Shown here: positions 46,809-57,480 of the stretch, piece after piece
Layout: every line of letters starts with the position of its first letter
How positions within the stretch are numbered: the first letter of the stretch is position 1
NCBI GenBank assembly: GCA_963977015.1
Contig: CAXBMO010000004.1
Location: 128,001 to 192,000, forward strand
Length of the DNA stretch: 64,000 nucleotides
Direction of reading: 5' to 3'
Source of the DNA: an uncultured bacterium
GTDB taxonomy: Bacteria; Verrucomicrobiota; Verrucomicrobiia; Verrucomicrobiales; DEV007
Notes under the pieces: generated by a model
The model's input: only the letters and a program-made list of their open reading frames with translations
Told to the model about the DNA's origin: nothing
The model's database searches: none
Position numbers and translations under genes: made by a program

Positions 46809-49800
46809 ATGCCCCTGACCCATTCCCGAACTGCCGCGGCGATCCTCTTCCTCTCCGCCCTGTCCTTCGCCACGCTTCCCGCCGAAACGCCCGGCAATTT
46901 CCAACCCGAAAACCTCGTGCCCTGGTGCATCGTCCCCTTTGACGCCAAAAAACGCAGCCCGGCGGAACGCGCGGAGATGTTGGTAGAACTCGGCTTGAAG
47001 CGCTGTGCTTATGATTGGCGGAACCATCACGTGGCTGAGTTTGAAGAGGAAATCCTCGAATACAAAAAGCACGGAATCGAGTTTTTCGCCTTCTGGGGCG
47101 GCCATGAATCGGCCTATGCCCTCTTTGAGAAATACAACCTGCATCCCCAGATTTGGCGAACGTTAGGATCTCCGACCGAAGGCGCCCAGAGCGAAAAAGT
47201 CGCCGCGGCGGCTGATTCGATGGAGGAGCTTGCGAAACGAACGGCGCAGCTGGGTTGCAAGTTGGGGCTCTACAATCACGGCGGTTGGGGTGGCGAGCCG
47301 GCGAACCTCGTCGCGGTCTGTGAAGAGCTGCGAAACCGTGGACATAAGCACGTCGGGATCGTTTACAACTGGCATCACGGGCACGGTCACATCACGGATT
47401 GGGCCGAATCGCTCGCGCTGATGACGCCGTATTTGCACTGCCTCAACCTGAACGGAATGAATCCGGGCGCCGAGCCCAAGATCCTGCCGCTGTCGCAGGG
47501 CAAACACGAACTGGAAATGCTCAGGGTCGTGCTCGAATCCGGCTACAACGGGCCGATCGGGATTCTCGATCACCAGAACACGACCGATTCCTTTGAGACC
47601 CTGAGCGAGAACCTCAAAGGGCTCGACTGGCTCCTCGGCGAGTTGGAAAAACCGGGCTCCAGCGGCGACCGGCCGAAGTTCGGAAAAGCGACCACTTCGC
47701 CGAAGCTGGAGACGTCTCTCGCCCCGGCGTTCGGACAGGCCCTCTCGGATGGGTTGCTGGTTCCTGGAAACGCCGACTGGCGCGAGCCGCCCATCACCGT
47801 GGAATGCCGCGCAAAACTCAAGCCAGACGGCGGCTACCACATTCTCCTCGCCAGCGACACCAAGGCTTCCGCGGCGCACTGGGAGATTTTCGCGATGAAA
47901 GGCGACGGCACCCTGACCGCTTATTTGCCCGGGGCCACGCCGGATCACGTCCGCAGCGACTTCGTGATCGCGGACGGAAAATGGCACTCGGTTTCCATGA
48001 AATACGCCCCGGATCGGGTTCGACTCCGGGCTGATGGGAAAGTGGTTGCGGACCAGGAAATTGAGCTGAAGCCTTCCCGGAAAGTTGTGCCGGGTGGCTT
48101 GGGAATCGGACGGCTCGTCGAGGGTAGGATCGGGATGCGCGGCGCGATCGACGAGGTCCGGATTCGCGCGGGGATTGTTTCCGGGCTCGACGCGGTTTCG
48201 CCGGACCCGTTCCCGGAATCTGCCGAAGGCCAGCTTGGCCACTGGGATTTTGAGGACCCGGCCGTTTTCCAATCAGCCGAATCGACCAAACCGGTTGCAA
48301 AGGGCGCGATTTCCCGCGCGCCGCTGGAACCCGAACTGAATCCCTACTGGGAAGCCGAGATCAATCGGGACCGGGTCTACGATTTCTACGCCAAGCAGGC
48401 GCTCCACTTCGGAAACCTGGAACCGGCCGAAGTTCCGGAGATTTTGCCCGCGTTTCCCGGGCTCGATGGCGGGAAATACGGGCATTGGGGGAACCAGAAC
48501 GACAAGGACACCTGGAAAGACGGCCGGGTCCGTGAGATGGATCACGGCTCGATGGTGAGCGGCGTGTTTCGCGGCGCGGGCCTGACCTTGCCCCGCGCGG
48601 TCAGTGTCCGGCTCGGCGATGGGATCAACGCGGTGTTCGATCAGAAAACCCTGACCTTCGCCGCGGCCTGGAAAGGCGAGCTGGTGGAATGGTCCGATGT
48701 GCGTCGCGGCATCATGCGCGGGATTCCGATGGGCGGGAAGGAAACGGTGCCCCTGAAACGCGCCCCCAAGCCGGCTGACGACGCGCGTTATCTCGGATTC
48801 CATCGGACTGGGCAGCGGGTCGTCTTTGCCTACCTCGAAAACGGAGAAACTCGGTATCGCTCCGCCGAAGTCCGCGACGGCGCGGTGATCGAAACGGTCA
48901 GTTCAGGCGCGCCCGGAATGGGCGACGCCGAGTGGCCCGAACGCCTCGAAGCGCGCGGGGAACGGGGTAAGGGCCAGCCTTACGCGATCGACACCCTCAC
49001 CCTCCCCTACGCCAATCCGTGGAACGCGCTTTTCTTCGTCTCCGGGATCGACTTTCTCGCGGAAAACCGGATCGCGATCTGCACGATCCACGGCGACGTC
49101 TGGATTTGCGACGTTTCCAGCGATGACCTTGCGAAGCTGACTTGGAAACGCTTCGCCGCCGGACTGCACCAGCCGCTCGGGCTCAAGGTCGCCGACGGCG
49201 TCATCCACGTGATGTGCCGCGACCAGCTCATCGCGCTGCACGACCGCAACGGCGACGACGAGGCCGATTTCTACGCGTGCGTTTCCCAGGCCCACGTGGC
49301 TTCGCCGGGAGCGCACGACTTCATCACCGGGCTGCAGCGCGACGACCAGGGCCGCTGGTATTTCGCCTCCGGAAAGCAGGGCGTCTGCCGGGTTTCGCCA
49401 AACGGCGACTCGCTCGAGGTGCTCGGCACCGGGCTGCGCAATCCCAACGGGCTGGGAATCTCGCCGGACGGCGAGGTGGTGCTGAGCAGCGTGCAGGAAG
49501 GCAACTGGACCCCGGCCAGCGCGATCTGCGACCTCAGCCGGGGCGGTCACTTCGGCGCGGGCGGGCCGAAAGCGGGCGACCGCGGTTACGTGCCGCCGAT
49601 GCTCTACCTTCCCCGCGGCGCGGACAATTCCTGCGGCGGGCAGGCCTTCATCGACAGCGACCGCTGGGGACCGGCACAGGGGCAGTGGCTCCACTTTTCC
49701 AGCGGCTACGCCAAGTATTTCCTGGTCCTGCGCGAGGTGGTCGGCGGGGAATCCCAAGCTGCGGCGATTCCCCTGCCCGGCGAGTTTCTCTCCGGCTGCC

Positions 49801-50579
49801 ACCGGGGACGCTTCTCGCCCTTCGACGGCCAACTCTACGTCGCCTCGGCCCAGGGCTGGGGGAACTACGGCGTCGCCGACGGCGCCCTGCAGCGGGTCCG
49901 TCACACCGGCGGTCAATACCCCTATCCGGATTCCTGTGAAATGCGCCAAAACGGGGTCCTGCTCCGCTTTGCCAATCCCCAGTCCGGCTCGATCGCGGAG
50001 ACGAATCGCTGGTTTGCCCAGCATTGGAATTACCTTTACGGCCCGGCCTACGGGTCGCCGGAGTTTTCCGTGAGCGCGCCGGAAACCGAGGGTCACGACC
50101 GGCTCGAGATCCGCTCCGTCCAACGCCTCGACGAGGGGCGGACCGTTTTCCTGGAAATTCCCGAGATCCGGCCCGTCCACCAGCTTCACCTCCACTTTGC
50201 GGGAACCCCGCGGCTGGAACTGTTCGCCACGGTGCATCGCCTCGGCGAACCGTTCACCGAGTTTCCCGGCTACAAACCGGTGGTGAAGAAATCGATCGCG
50301 GCGACTCAGCCCGCGCTCCCCGGCGAGCTGTCCATCGCCGCCTTGATGAACGCCTGCGCCGCCTGCCATCACCCGACCCAGCAGGTCGTCGGCCCACCCT
50401 TCGCCGAAATCCGGCAGCGCTACGCCGGCAACCCGGACGGCATCGTGAAATGGGCGATGAACCCGGAAAACCGCAATCCGGATCTCCCGCCGATGCCCTC
50501 GTTCCAGTTTCTCGGGGAGGAAACCCTGAAACGGATCGCCACCGAGATTCTGAACGGAACCGGCAGTCCAAAAAATTAA
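46809..50579 (+). CDS. large exported multidomain protein: TIM barrel + LamG + DUF6797-like + dehydrogenase-like beta-propeller + cytochrome c
   Basis: Signal peptide from ATG 46809; LYNHGGW; GAIDEVRI; GLDGGKYGHWG; GLRNPNG; QEGNWTPAS; CAACH...MP heme site. Confidence 0.82.
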   Translation: MPLTHSRTAAAILFLSALSFATLPAETPGNFQPENLVPWCIVPFDAKKRSPAERAEMLVELGLKRCAYDWRNHHVAEFEEEILEYKKHGIEFFAFWGGHESAYALFEKYNLHPQIWRTLGSPTEGAQSEKVAAAADSMEELAKRTAQLGCKLGLYNHGGWGGEPANLVAVCEELRNRGHKHVGIVYNWHHGHGHITDWAESLALMTPYLHCLNLNGMNPGAEPKILPLSQGKHELEMLRVVLESGYNGPIGILDHQNTTDSFETLSENLKGLDWLLGELEKPGSSGDRPKFGKATTSPKLETSLAPAFGQALSDGLLVPGNADWREPPITVECRAKLKPDGGYHILLASDTKASAAHWEIFAMKGDGTLTAYLPGATPDHVRSDFVIADGKWHSVSMKYAPDRVRLRADGKVVADQEIELKPSRKVVPGGLGIGRLVEGRIGMRGAIDEVRIRAGIVSGLDAVSPDPFPESAEGQLGHWDFEDPAVFQSAESTKPVAKGAISRAPLEPELNPYWEAEINRDRVYDFYAKQALHFGNLEPAEVPEILPAFPGLDGGKYGHWGNQNDKDTWKDGRVREMDHGSMVSGVFRGAGLTLPRAVSVRLGDGINAVFDQKTLTFAAAWKGELVEWSDVRRGIMRGIPMGGKETVPLKRAPKPADDARYLGFHRTGQRVVFAYLENGETRYRSAEVRDGAVIETVSSGAPGMGDAEWPERLEARGERGKGQPYAIDTLTLPYANPWNALFFVSGIDFLAENRIAICTIHGDVWICDVSSDDLAKLTWKRFAAGLHQPLGLKVADGVIHVMCRDQLIALHDRNGDDEADFYACVSQAHVASPGAHDFITGLQRDDQGRWYFASGKQGVCRVSPNGDSLEVLGTGLRNPNGLGISPDGEVVLSSVQEGNWTPASAICDLSRGGHFGAGGPKAGDRGYVPPMLYLPRGADNSCGGQAFIDSDRWGPAQGQWLHFSSGYAKYFLVLREVVGGESQAAAIPLPGEFLSGCHRGRFSPFDGQLYVASAQGWGNYGVADGALQRVRHTGGQYPYPDSCEMRQNGVLLRFANPQSGSIAETNRWFAQHWNYLYGPAYGSPEFSVSAPETEGHDRLEIRSVQRLDEGRTVFLEIPEIRPVHQLHLHFAGTPRLELFATVHRLGEPFTEFPGYKPVVKKSIAATQPALPGELSIAALMNACAACHHPTQQVVGPPFAEIRQRYAGNPDGIVKWAMNPENRNPDLPPMPSFQFLGEETLKRIATEILNGTGSPKN

Positions 50580-50746
50580 GATTTCCATCGCCGTCTTCCT
50601 TCAGCAGGAGTTAGTGGTTTCTCAAGGTGAAGCCCTGCGCAATGACGCACGATTGCACGTTCAGCCAGTTCACCATCAAATCACCCTGGAAGCAGTCAGC
50701 TCCAACGAACCCATCCATTATTTTCCCAATCCCAACCGTTTCCGAC

Positions 50747-53593
50747 ATGACACGTCTGATCGTCTTCCTTTTTTGCCTGTCCTTCCTCGGAGGACAGTTC
50801 CAGTCCGTGCATGCGGAGCCATTGCCTCAATTAACGGCGGCTTTCTCCGAGAATGAACGTTGGGCAATCTTTCAACCCGATGAGCCCGTTGAACTGATTC
50901 TTACGTTGACTGGCAGTCGTGCGGTAGAGGACGTGCTGCAATGGAACGTCACGGATTATCTGGGGCAAGAGCGCGACCAAGGAAGCATCAAGGTACCCGC
51001 GGGCGACGGAAGCTGGGAAACTCGAATCCAAGCCGATGACTATGGCGCCGGGTATTTTGAAGTTCACCTGAAATTGGAAAAGACAGGTTTAACGTTACCT
51101 CGAGAGGGCAGCCGTCGCCCGGGCATGATAGCCTGGGGAGTCTTGCCTGATTTGCAGGCTCTGCCCTTGGAGCACGTGGATGACTCACGCTTTGGCGCCC
51201 AAGGAACGAATTTTCTGCTGACTGATGACTTGGAGGGGAAAGTGGGGAATCGGAATCCCCTCATGCCAATCTACCCGCTGTTGGGCGCTCGCTGGGTATA
51301 TTTGAACCGGCATTTGGCATTGCTCTATAAAGATGGTCCAGACTCCTACCACCCCCGCTTGGACCCAGAGGTATTCTTGCGCAGCTCGCATTACGATGCC
51401 GATGCAGGGTGTGCAATTCTTGTCGACATGCACAGCCTTCCGGTCTGGCAACGAGACGTGCCTCCCGGAGCGAAGTCCGATGGGAACCATACCCAGGCAG
51501 GCCAGCGATTTCCTCCCAGAGATTATTCTGAGTACAAGCAAATGCTGGCCCAGCTCGTTCGGGAACAAGTCGTGCGTCGCAAAACGCTGTTCCCCAACAT
51601 GTCCCAAAACTATTACCAGATTAGCTGGGAAGCGGATTGGCACTGGAAGGGCTCGGATGAAGATTTCATCAAGATGTATCAGGTGGCCTACGAGGCGGTG
51701 CATGAGAACGACCCTGACGGACTGCTTTTGGGACCGAACTATGGAGTGCTCAAGACGGGGAATAGACTACTTCGTCGGTTATTTCCCAAAGGTCTTGGCA
51801 AGTACTTGGATGGGGTCTTGATCCATACCTATTATATCTCCAAGCAAGGCGCGCAGGAACTGCCCGACGACATGCGAGAATTGGTGAGCTTGACCCGCGA
51901 ATATGTTGGCCCCGATGCAAAAATCATGAACACCGAATGGGGGGTCGCGTGGAAAAAGACCCCCGAAGAGGATCCGAACGCTCTACGCATTGAAGCCGCC
52001 CAGTTCATGCGAGGTCACCTCGTCACGCTCGGGGAAGGCGTGGATGCCACCTTCTTCTTTTACACCGCCGATCACGGAAAGTCGGGCGCAGGCTTGCTTT
52101 ATAATCTGACGGCAGAGACACGGAAGTTCGGCGCGACAAAAGTCGCCCCGAAGCCGGTCTTCATGGCAGCAGCGACCGCGACACGCCTCTTGGAGGGGAC
52201 GCGTTCTCTGGGGCGGATTGACTTCCTCGGCGAGGGGGTGCTGGGCTACGCGTTTGATCGCAATGGTGAATCCGTCATTTGCTTGTGGTCCGAGGATGGA
52301 GAGTCGCGCGACATTCCCATTCCCGTGGGAACGAGCACGATGCCGACCTTGATCGACCCAATGGGGAATCCCAAATCCCTGGCAGTTCAAGACGGCACTG
52401 CAACAGTCCGTCTAGATACTATCCCAGTTTGGATCCGTGGGATTCACCCAGCGACGCTTCCCATCGGCAATGAAGACGTCAAGGAGATCACGACACTTCC
52501 CGGCGAAAAGGTGCGACTTCCGAAGCTTCACAATCGCGAACTTCGTGCCGCCTCATTCGTGAATGGCGAGTGGCGCACCGAAGGCATGAGAGCAGGGATG
52601 ATGAGCGTTCCCGAGGATGCCTCGGTTGGGCCAATGCTAGTCAAACTCTCTGATGCGAAAACGGAAGCGCTTATTAGAACGATCATCGTACATGTGAACC
52701 CTGTCCTGCAATTGGAACAGGTGATGGATGTGCCACCGGGGCAACTTGAGGTTCGCTTAACGAATGCTCGCTCCGAGGTGAGTGAGGGGGATCTTTACTT
52801 ATTAGCCGGCGAGGAGGTCGTGGCACAAAAACCAGTCGTATTGCAAGGCGGGCAAGATGTGCAGATTGGATTCCCCGTTAGAAATCTAGATGCCTCACCA
52901 GGATTCAGCCTTCACTACCGAGATGCACGGGGAGCCGAATGTCGCCTCGGCCTCAATTCCCCAAAGAAGATCGTGACGGCTCATCGCGCGGTGTCCGTGC
53001 TCACGATCGATGGGCAACTCGATGATTGGCTGTTGGAGGACTTTCAACGCTATGAGAATCAACAAAACCCGGAACTGGCAGAACGGATGGACCCACGCGT
53101 CGCGGTTCGCTACGATGCCGAAAAGCTTTACTTTGCCGTTCAACTCAACGACTCCGATCACCTTCAGACTCAGTCCCCACAAGGACTCTGGCACGCGGAT
53201 TCGATTCAAATCGCTCTAGCGATCGACCCGGAAAATCCAGATCAGAAAAACTGGCAGAAGTTGAACATCGGCCGCAACTCCGTCAATGGGCACCAGAATG
53301 TCTTTCGGGATATGGGGGACGCCTTTCCCGCAGGGATTGTATCGACGAAAGAACTCTCACGAGCGATTGTCCGCTCGGGCGACGAAACCGTTTACGAGAT
53401 CGCCATACCCTGGCAGGATGTGGCTCAAGGCCTCGACGGTGTGCCTCCCCGCAACTACATGGGCGTCGGCATAATGATCAACAACATCGATTCCACCGCC
53501 GACGGCAAGAAGACGCGTCGCGAGTGGATTGATTTACTGGGTGGGATGCGCTTTTCCAAGCCAGAGGATATGGGGCTGATCGAGTTTCAATAG
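50747..53593 (+). CDS. exported glycoside hydrolase (clan GH-A/GH39-like) with C-terminal CBM9-like domain
   Basis: Signal peptide; SWEAD acid/base and NTEWG nucleophile-like motifs; IDGQLDDW, LYFAV, DSIQIA, YEIAIPW. Confidence 0.75.
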   Translation: MTRLIVFLFCLSFLGGQFQSVHAEPLPQLTAAFSENERWAIFQPDEPVELILTLTGSRAVEDVLQWNVTDYLGQERDQGSIKVPAGDGSWETRIQADDYGAGYFEVHLKLEKTGLTLPREGSRRPGMIAWGVLPDLQALPLEHVDDSRFGAQGTNFLLTDDLEGKVGNRNPLMPIYPLLGARWVYLNRHLALLYKDGPDSYHPRLDPEVFLRSSHYDADAGCAILVDMHSLPVWQRDVPPGAKSDGNHTQAGQRFPPRDYSEYKQMLAQLVREQVVRRKTLFPNMSQNYYQISWEADWHWKGSDEDFIKMYQVAYEAVHENDPDGLLLGPNYGVLKTGNRLLRRLFPKGLGKYLDGVLIHTYYISKQGAQELPDDMRELVSLTREYVGPDAKIMNTEWGVAWKKTPEEDPNALRIEAAQFMRGHLVTLGEGVDATFFFYTADHGKSGAGLLYNLTAETRKFGATKVAPKPVFMAAATATRLLEGTRSLGRIDFLGEGVLGYAFDRNGESVICLWSEDGESRDIPIPVGTSTMPTLIDPMGNPKSLAVQDGTATVRLDTIPVWIRGIHPATLPIGNEDVKEITTLPGEKVRLPKLHNRELRAASFVNGEWRTEGMRAGMMSVPEDASVGPMLVKLSDAKTEALIRTIIVHVNPVLQLEQVMDVPPGQLEVRLTNARSEVSEGDLYLLAGEEVVAQKPVVLQGGQDVQIGFPVRNLDASPGFSLHYRDARGAECRLGLNSPKKIVTAHRAVSVLTIDGQLDDWLLEDFQRYENQQNPELAERMDPRVAVRYDAEKLYFAVQLNDSDHLQTQSPQGLWHADSIQIALAIDPENPDQKNWQKLNIGRNSVNGHQNVFRDMGDAFPAGIVSTKELSRAIVRSGDETVYEIAIPWQDVAQGLDGVPPRNYMGVGIMINNIDSTADGKKTRREWIDLLGGMRFSKPEDMGLIEFQ

Positions 53594-53629
53594 ATAGATA
53601 GGAGCTCTTTCGGCAGGGCGTCATTGCGA

Positions 53630-53816
53630 TCCCCTGCATACTTCATCCCGCAAGCAGTTGGGCCGCACCCCGGAGGCATCGTGAAATGAATCGCTGAACA
53701 CGGAGAACCGCAATCCGGAACTTCCGCCGATGCCTTCGTTCCAGTTTCTTGGGGAGGAAACCCTAAAACGAATCGCCACCACGACCCTTGCCGGAACTGG
53801 CAAAGCGGGCAACTAA
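53630..53816 (+). pseudogene. degenerate duplicate of the 3' end (cytochrome c part) of the 46809-50579 gene
   Basis: 53670-53780 closely matches 50433-50543 (GGCATCGTGAAATG...AACCGCAATCCGGA...CCGCCGATGCC.TCGTTCCAGTTTCT.GGGGAGGAAACCCT.AAACG.ATCGCCACC), with indels and a TGG>TGA change. Confidence 0.88.
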
Positions 53817-54054
53817 GTTTGATCGTCCCGGCTCTTATCCCGTCTTGTCCATTTGTCTCTTTGGCCGGTTCTTCCAGGCTACATATTCTGACCCTTTGGA
53901 ACCGGCTCTGACTTGCTGCTCCTCAGATTCTGATTGTTATCTCATCAATTCTTCCTGTTGCCAACGAGTGGTGGACATGTTAGGAAACTGACGCAAGCTT
54001 GGGATTTCCCATCGACCTCTTATCGCGGTCGCGAAGCACACCAATTCCACAACG

Positions 54055-54711
54055 ATGGCAGTCTACCCCCTACACGAACCGAAGGATGAGCATGGGCAAC
54101 CACTCCGATACTTCAAGACGAACCACGATAACAACGTCAGCAAAGCGATTGATCAACTATCGGGAATGTGCGCAGGAATCTTGGCTGACGGGGTGGTTTG
54201 TGAAAAGGAAGCGCGATTCTTTCACGAATGGATTCAAAAATACTCAACCTACGAGCCAGTTTGGCCTTTTTCGGAGGTTTTGGGACGACTGGAAACCATT
54301 TTTGCTGATGGAATAATTTCCGACCTCGAAAGGGAGGAACTTAAAGAAGTCATGCAGCGAATCACCGGGAATGCGAAAATGAATGCCCTTGAAACATTTT
54401 CTTCAGCTTTACCGCTCAACAATCCACTTCCATATACCATTTCATTTCCCCAAAATGAATTTGTCATAACTGGACGCTTTGCATTCGGAACCCGTCGGAA
54501 AGTGGGCGAAGCCATTGAACAACGTGGTGGAATCGTTAAAAATGGAACTCCGACCCACTCCACCAGCTACCTGGTCATTGGGGTTTTTGCGAGTCGAGAT
54601 TGGTATAACACCAACTACGGCAGGAAAATCGAGCGCGCCGTAGAACTTCGATCCGAAGGGACACCAATTTCAATTATTTCCGAAGAACACTGGAAGCGGT
54701 TTGTAGCATGA
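54055..54711 (+). CDS. BRCT-domain protein with TerB-like N-terminal repeats
   Basis: ADGVVCEKE and ADGIISDLE motifs; BRCT FVITGRF...RGG...YLVIG...YGRKIERA...ISEEHW. Confidence 0.85.
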   Translation: MAVYPLHEPKDEHGQPLRYFKTNHDNNVSKAIDQLSGMCAGILADGVVCEKEARFFHEWIQKYSTYEPVWPFSEVLGRLETIFADGIISDLEREELKEVMQRITGNAKMNALETFSSALPLNNPLPYTISFPQNEFVITGRFAFGTRRKVGEAIEQRGGIVKNGTPTHSTSYLVIGVFASRDWYNTNYGRKIERAVELRSEGTPISIISEEHWKRFVA

Positions 54712-55019
54712 AAGTCGAGTTCGAAAATGGCTATGCTATTGACTTTAGAATGGCCGTAGGCTCATGCTTCAAATCAGCCTTGGCAAATGAACGCTTTGCC
54801 CCCGGAGATACGATCTATGATACGTCCAAGGCATATTCTGGAAGTTGGTCAGAAGCTCTACAACAAATTGGATATGGGTTTCAGGTAGCAAATGTGATAG
54901 GAAATACGGTCGAGTATGATGTCTTGAGACCCTCAGCAGACAGAAAGTCGATTCAGGTTGTTGAACGTGTAAGATCTCCCGTTTCCACTTTTATTCAGAA
55001 ACTCCAAGAAGGGCTATAG
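54708..55019 (+). CDS. hypothetical protein
   Basis: ATGA overlap with the BRCT gene; same AT-richer composition. Confidence 0.6.
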   Translation: MKVEFENGYAIDFRMAVGSCFKSALANERFAPGDTIYDTSKAYSGSWSEALQQIGYGFQVANVIGNTVEYDVLRPSADRKSIQVVERVRSPVSTFIQKLQEGL

Positions 55020-55030
55020 CCGTTTCGGCA

Positions 55031-55930
55031 TTACGCCGTTTCGGCCCGGGCCGTGGCGCGGAGGTGTTCCTGGAACGCCTTGAGCCACTTGCTCTGGTAG
55101 CGGTAGGGATTCCAGAGCATCGCGATGGTCCGGGCCGGGCGCTGGTCGGCGATGGAGCGGTAGGTTCGCTGCGGGCTCTGGTCGATCCGCTGGGCCATTT
55201 TCGGGACCAGGGAAACGCCGTGGCCGAGCGAGACCAGTTCCTGGACCGTGGCCAGCTGGCTGGTCCGCTCCACCGAGACCGGCTGGATCGATTGCCGGCG
55301 GCAGAACGAGGCGATCTGGTCGGAGAGACAATGGGCCTCATCGAGCATGACGAAGGGATAAGGCTCGACGTCCACGAGCTGGATTTCCTCCATGGCGCTG
55401 AGGGGATGGTCGTTGGGCATAACCAGGACCAGTTCCTCCTCGAAGAGCGACTCGGTTTCGAGGTATTTCGCCTCGATCGGCAGGGCCAGGATCGCGAGGT
55501 CGACTTCGCCGTGGCTGCAACGCCGGATCACGTTCTGGGTGGTGTCTTCCTGAACGATCATTTTCACCTCGGGATGCGATTTGGCGAAGGAGCCGAGCAC
55601 GCCGGGCAGGAAGAACGGCGCGATGGTCGGGATCACCGCGATCCGGATCCGCCCGTGCTTCCCGAACTCCGAGATTTCCAAAAAGGTGTCGTCGACCAGC
55701 GCCAGGATCTGCTTGGCCCGGCCGAGGAGCAATTCGCCGAGGTCGGTGAGAACGACTTCGCGGGGCTGGCGCTCGAACAGCGGCTGACCGATCTGCTCTT
55801 CGAGTTTCTGGATCGCCCGGCTCAGGGACGATTGGGAAACGTTCAGTTCCTCGGCGGCGCGGGTGAAGTTCCGGGCACGGGCCACCGCGAGGAAGGATTC
55901 GAGCTGGTGGAAGTCGAGTTCGGGTTTCAT
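55031..55930 (-). CDS. oxyR: LysR regulator, OxyR-like
   Basis: LysR HTH; IPTIAPF; HCLSDQIASFC retains both redox cysteines with the OxyR C199/C208 spacing; near catalase. Confidence 0.82.
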   Translation of the reverse strand: MKPELDFHQLESFLAVARARNFTRAAEELNVSQSSLSRAIQKLEEQIGQPLFERQPREVVLTDLGELLLGRAKQILALVDDTFLEISEFGKHGRIRIAVIPTIAPFFLPGVLGSFAKSHPEVKMIVQEDTTQNVIRRCSHGEVDLAILALPIEAKYLETESLFEEELVLVMPNDHPLSAMEEIQLVDVEPYPFVMLDEAHCLSDQIASFCRRQSIQPVSVERTSQLATVQELVSLGHGVSLVPKMAQRIDQSPQRTYRSIADQRPARTIAMLWNPYRYQSKWLKAFQEHLRATARAETA

Positions 55931-56085
55931 CGCCAGCCAAGCTCCCCCGGTTTCCGGGGATGCGCCAGCCGGATTCCGCGACGAGGGCTTGGGAATCCGG
56001 CACTGACGGAAAAAACCGGTTTCACCGCGGCGAACCGTCGCTAGCGTGCCGAAAATCCCCGGCGTTCCGCGCCAATCAAAACCCC

Positions 56086-57411
56086 ATGTTGTACTTTCAG
56101 TTTTTCTTCCTCCTTGCGGTCCTCTACCTCGGCAGCCGATTCGGCGGAATCGGCCTCGGTGTCGTTTCCGGCATCGGGCTGGTGATCGAGGTGTTCGTGT
56201 TCGGGATGACCCCGACCTCGCCGCCGATCAGCGTAATGCTCATCATCATGGCGGTGGTGACCTGCGCGTCGGTGCTTGAGGCTGCGGGCGGGCTCAAGTT
56301 CATGCTCCAGTTCGCGGAACGGCTTCTCCGCGCGCATCCCCGGCGGATCACGATCTTCGGCCCTTTGGTCACCTACCTCATGACGCTGATACTGGGAACC
56401 GGGCACGCGGTTTACTCGGTCATGCCGATCATCGGCGACGTCGCCCTCAAAAACGGGGTGCGTCCGGAGCGCCCCATGGCCGCCGCCTCGGTCGCGTCGC
56501 AGTTGGGAATCACCGCCAGCCCGATCTCGGCTGCGGTGGTCTATTACCTCGCGGAAATCGGGAACCTCCATCCCGGTCTCACCCTGCTTTCGATCCTCGG
56601 CGTCACCATTCCAGCCACCTTCGCCGGAGTGATCGCGGTCTCGCTCTACAGCCTGCGCCGCGGCGTCGAACTGGCCGACGACCCGATCTACCAGGCCCGA
56701 CTCGAGGATCCGCTCTGGAAGGACCGCATCGCCACGACGACCCACACAACCCTCGACGAGAAACTGCCCAACTCGGCGAGAAACGCAGTCCTGATCTTTC
56801 TCGGCGCGCTGGTGACCATCGTCGTCATCGCGATGCTTCCCGAAATCCGGATCATCGGAGACTCCGAGAAACCGTTGAGCATGTCGGTGGTGATCCAGAT
56901 GATGATGCTCTGTTTCGGCGGGATCATCCTCCTCGCCACCCGCACCCCGACGGCCCGGATTCCCGACGGCCCCGTCTTCAAGTCCGGGATGGTCGCGGCG
57001 CTGGCGATTTTTGGGATCGCCTGGATGAGCGACACCTATTTCACCCACGCCCTGCCCAGTTTTCAGGCCGGCATCACCCAGATGGTCCAGACCTATCCCT
57101 GGACCTTCGCCCTGGCCATGTTCGTCGTCTCCGTGGTCGTCAACAGCCAGGCGGCGACCTGCCGAATGATGCTGCCGGTCGGGCTGGCCATGGGATTGCC
57201 GCCTCAGTTGCTCATCGGGATCATGCCGTCCTGCTACGGCTATTTCTTCATCCCGAACTACCCGTCCGACATCGCGACCTGCAACTTCGACCTCTCCGGC
57301 ACGACGCGGATCGGGCGCTACTATTTCAACCACAGTTTCATGGTTCCCGGATTGATCGGGGTGACGGTCGCCTGCCTCGTCGGTTATGCGCTTGCGTTTG
57401 TGCTGGTCTGA
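56086..57411 (+). CDS. anaerobic C4-dicarboxylate transporter (DcuA/DcuB family)
   Basis: GSRFGGIGLG; GTGHAVY; RPERPMAAASVASQLGITASPISAA; FGIAWMSDT; SGTTRIGRYYFNHSF. Confidence 0.93.
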   Translation: MLYFQFFFLLAVLYLGSRFGGIGLGVVSGIGLVIEVFVFGMTPTSPPISVMLIIMAVVTCASVLEAAGGLKFMLQFAERLLRAHPRRITIFGPLVTYLMTLILGTGHAVYSVMPIIGDVALKNGVRPERPMAAASVASQLGITASPISAAVVYYLAEIGNLHPGLTLLSILGVTIPATFAGVIAVSLYSLRRGVELADDPIYQARLEDPLWKDRIATTTHTTLDEKLPNSARNAVLIFLGALVTIVVIAMLPEIRIIGDSEKPLSMSVVIQMMMLCFGGIILLATRTPTARIPDGPVFKSGMVAALAIFGIAWMSDTYFTHALPSFQAGITQMVQTYPWTFALAMFVVSVVVNSQAATCRMMLPVGLAMGLPPQLLIGIMPSCYGYFFIPNYPSDIATCNFDLSGTTRIGRYYFNHSFMVPGLIGVTVACLVGYALAFVLV

Positions 57412-57430
57412 GATCTCAGGTGGACGCCTT

Positions 57431-57480
57431 GCGATGCATTTCGCGCATCGCTGATATCTGAATGATGCATTGGATGCATC
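57431..57480. promoter_or_regulatory. probable OxyR/LysR operator upstream of catalase
   Basis: Two ATGC-N7-GCAT dyads (57434-57448 and 57465-57479), each containing T-N11-A. Confidence 0.65.
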
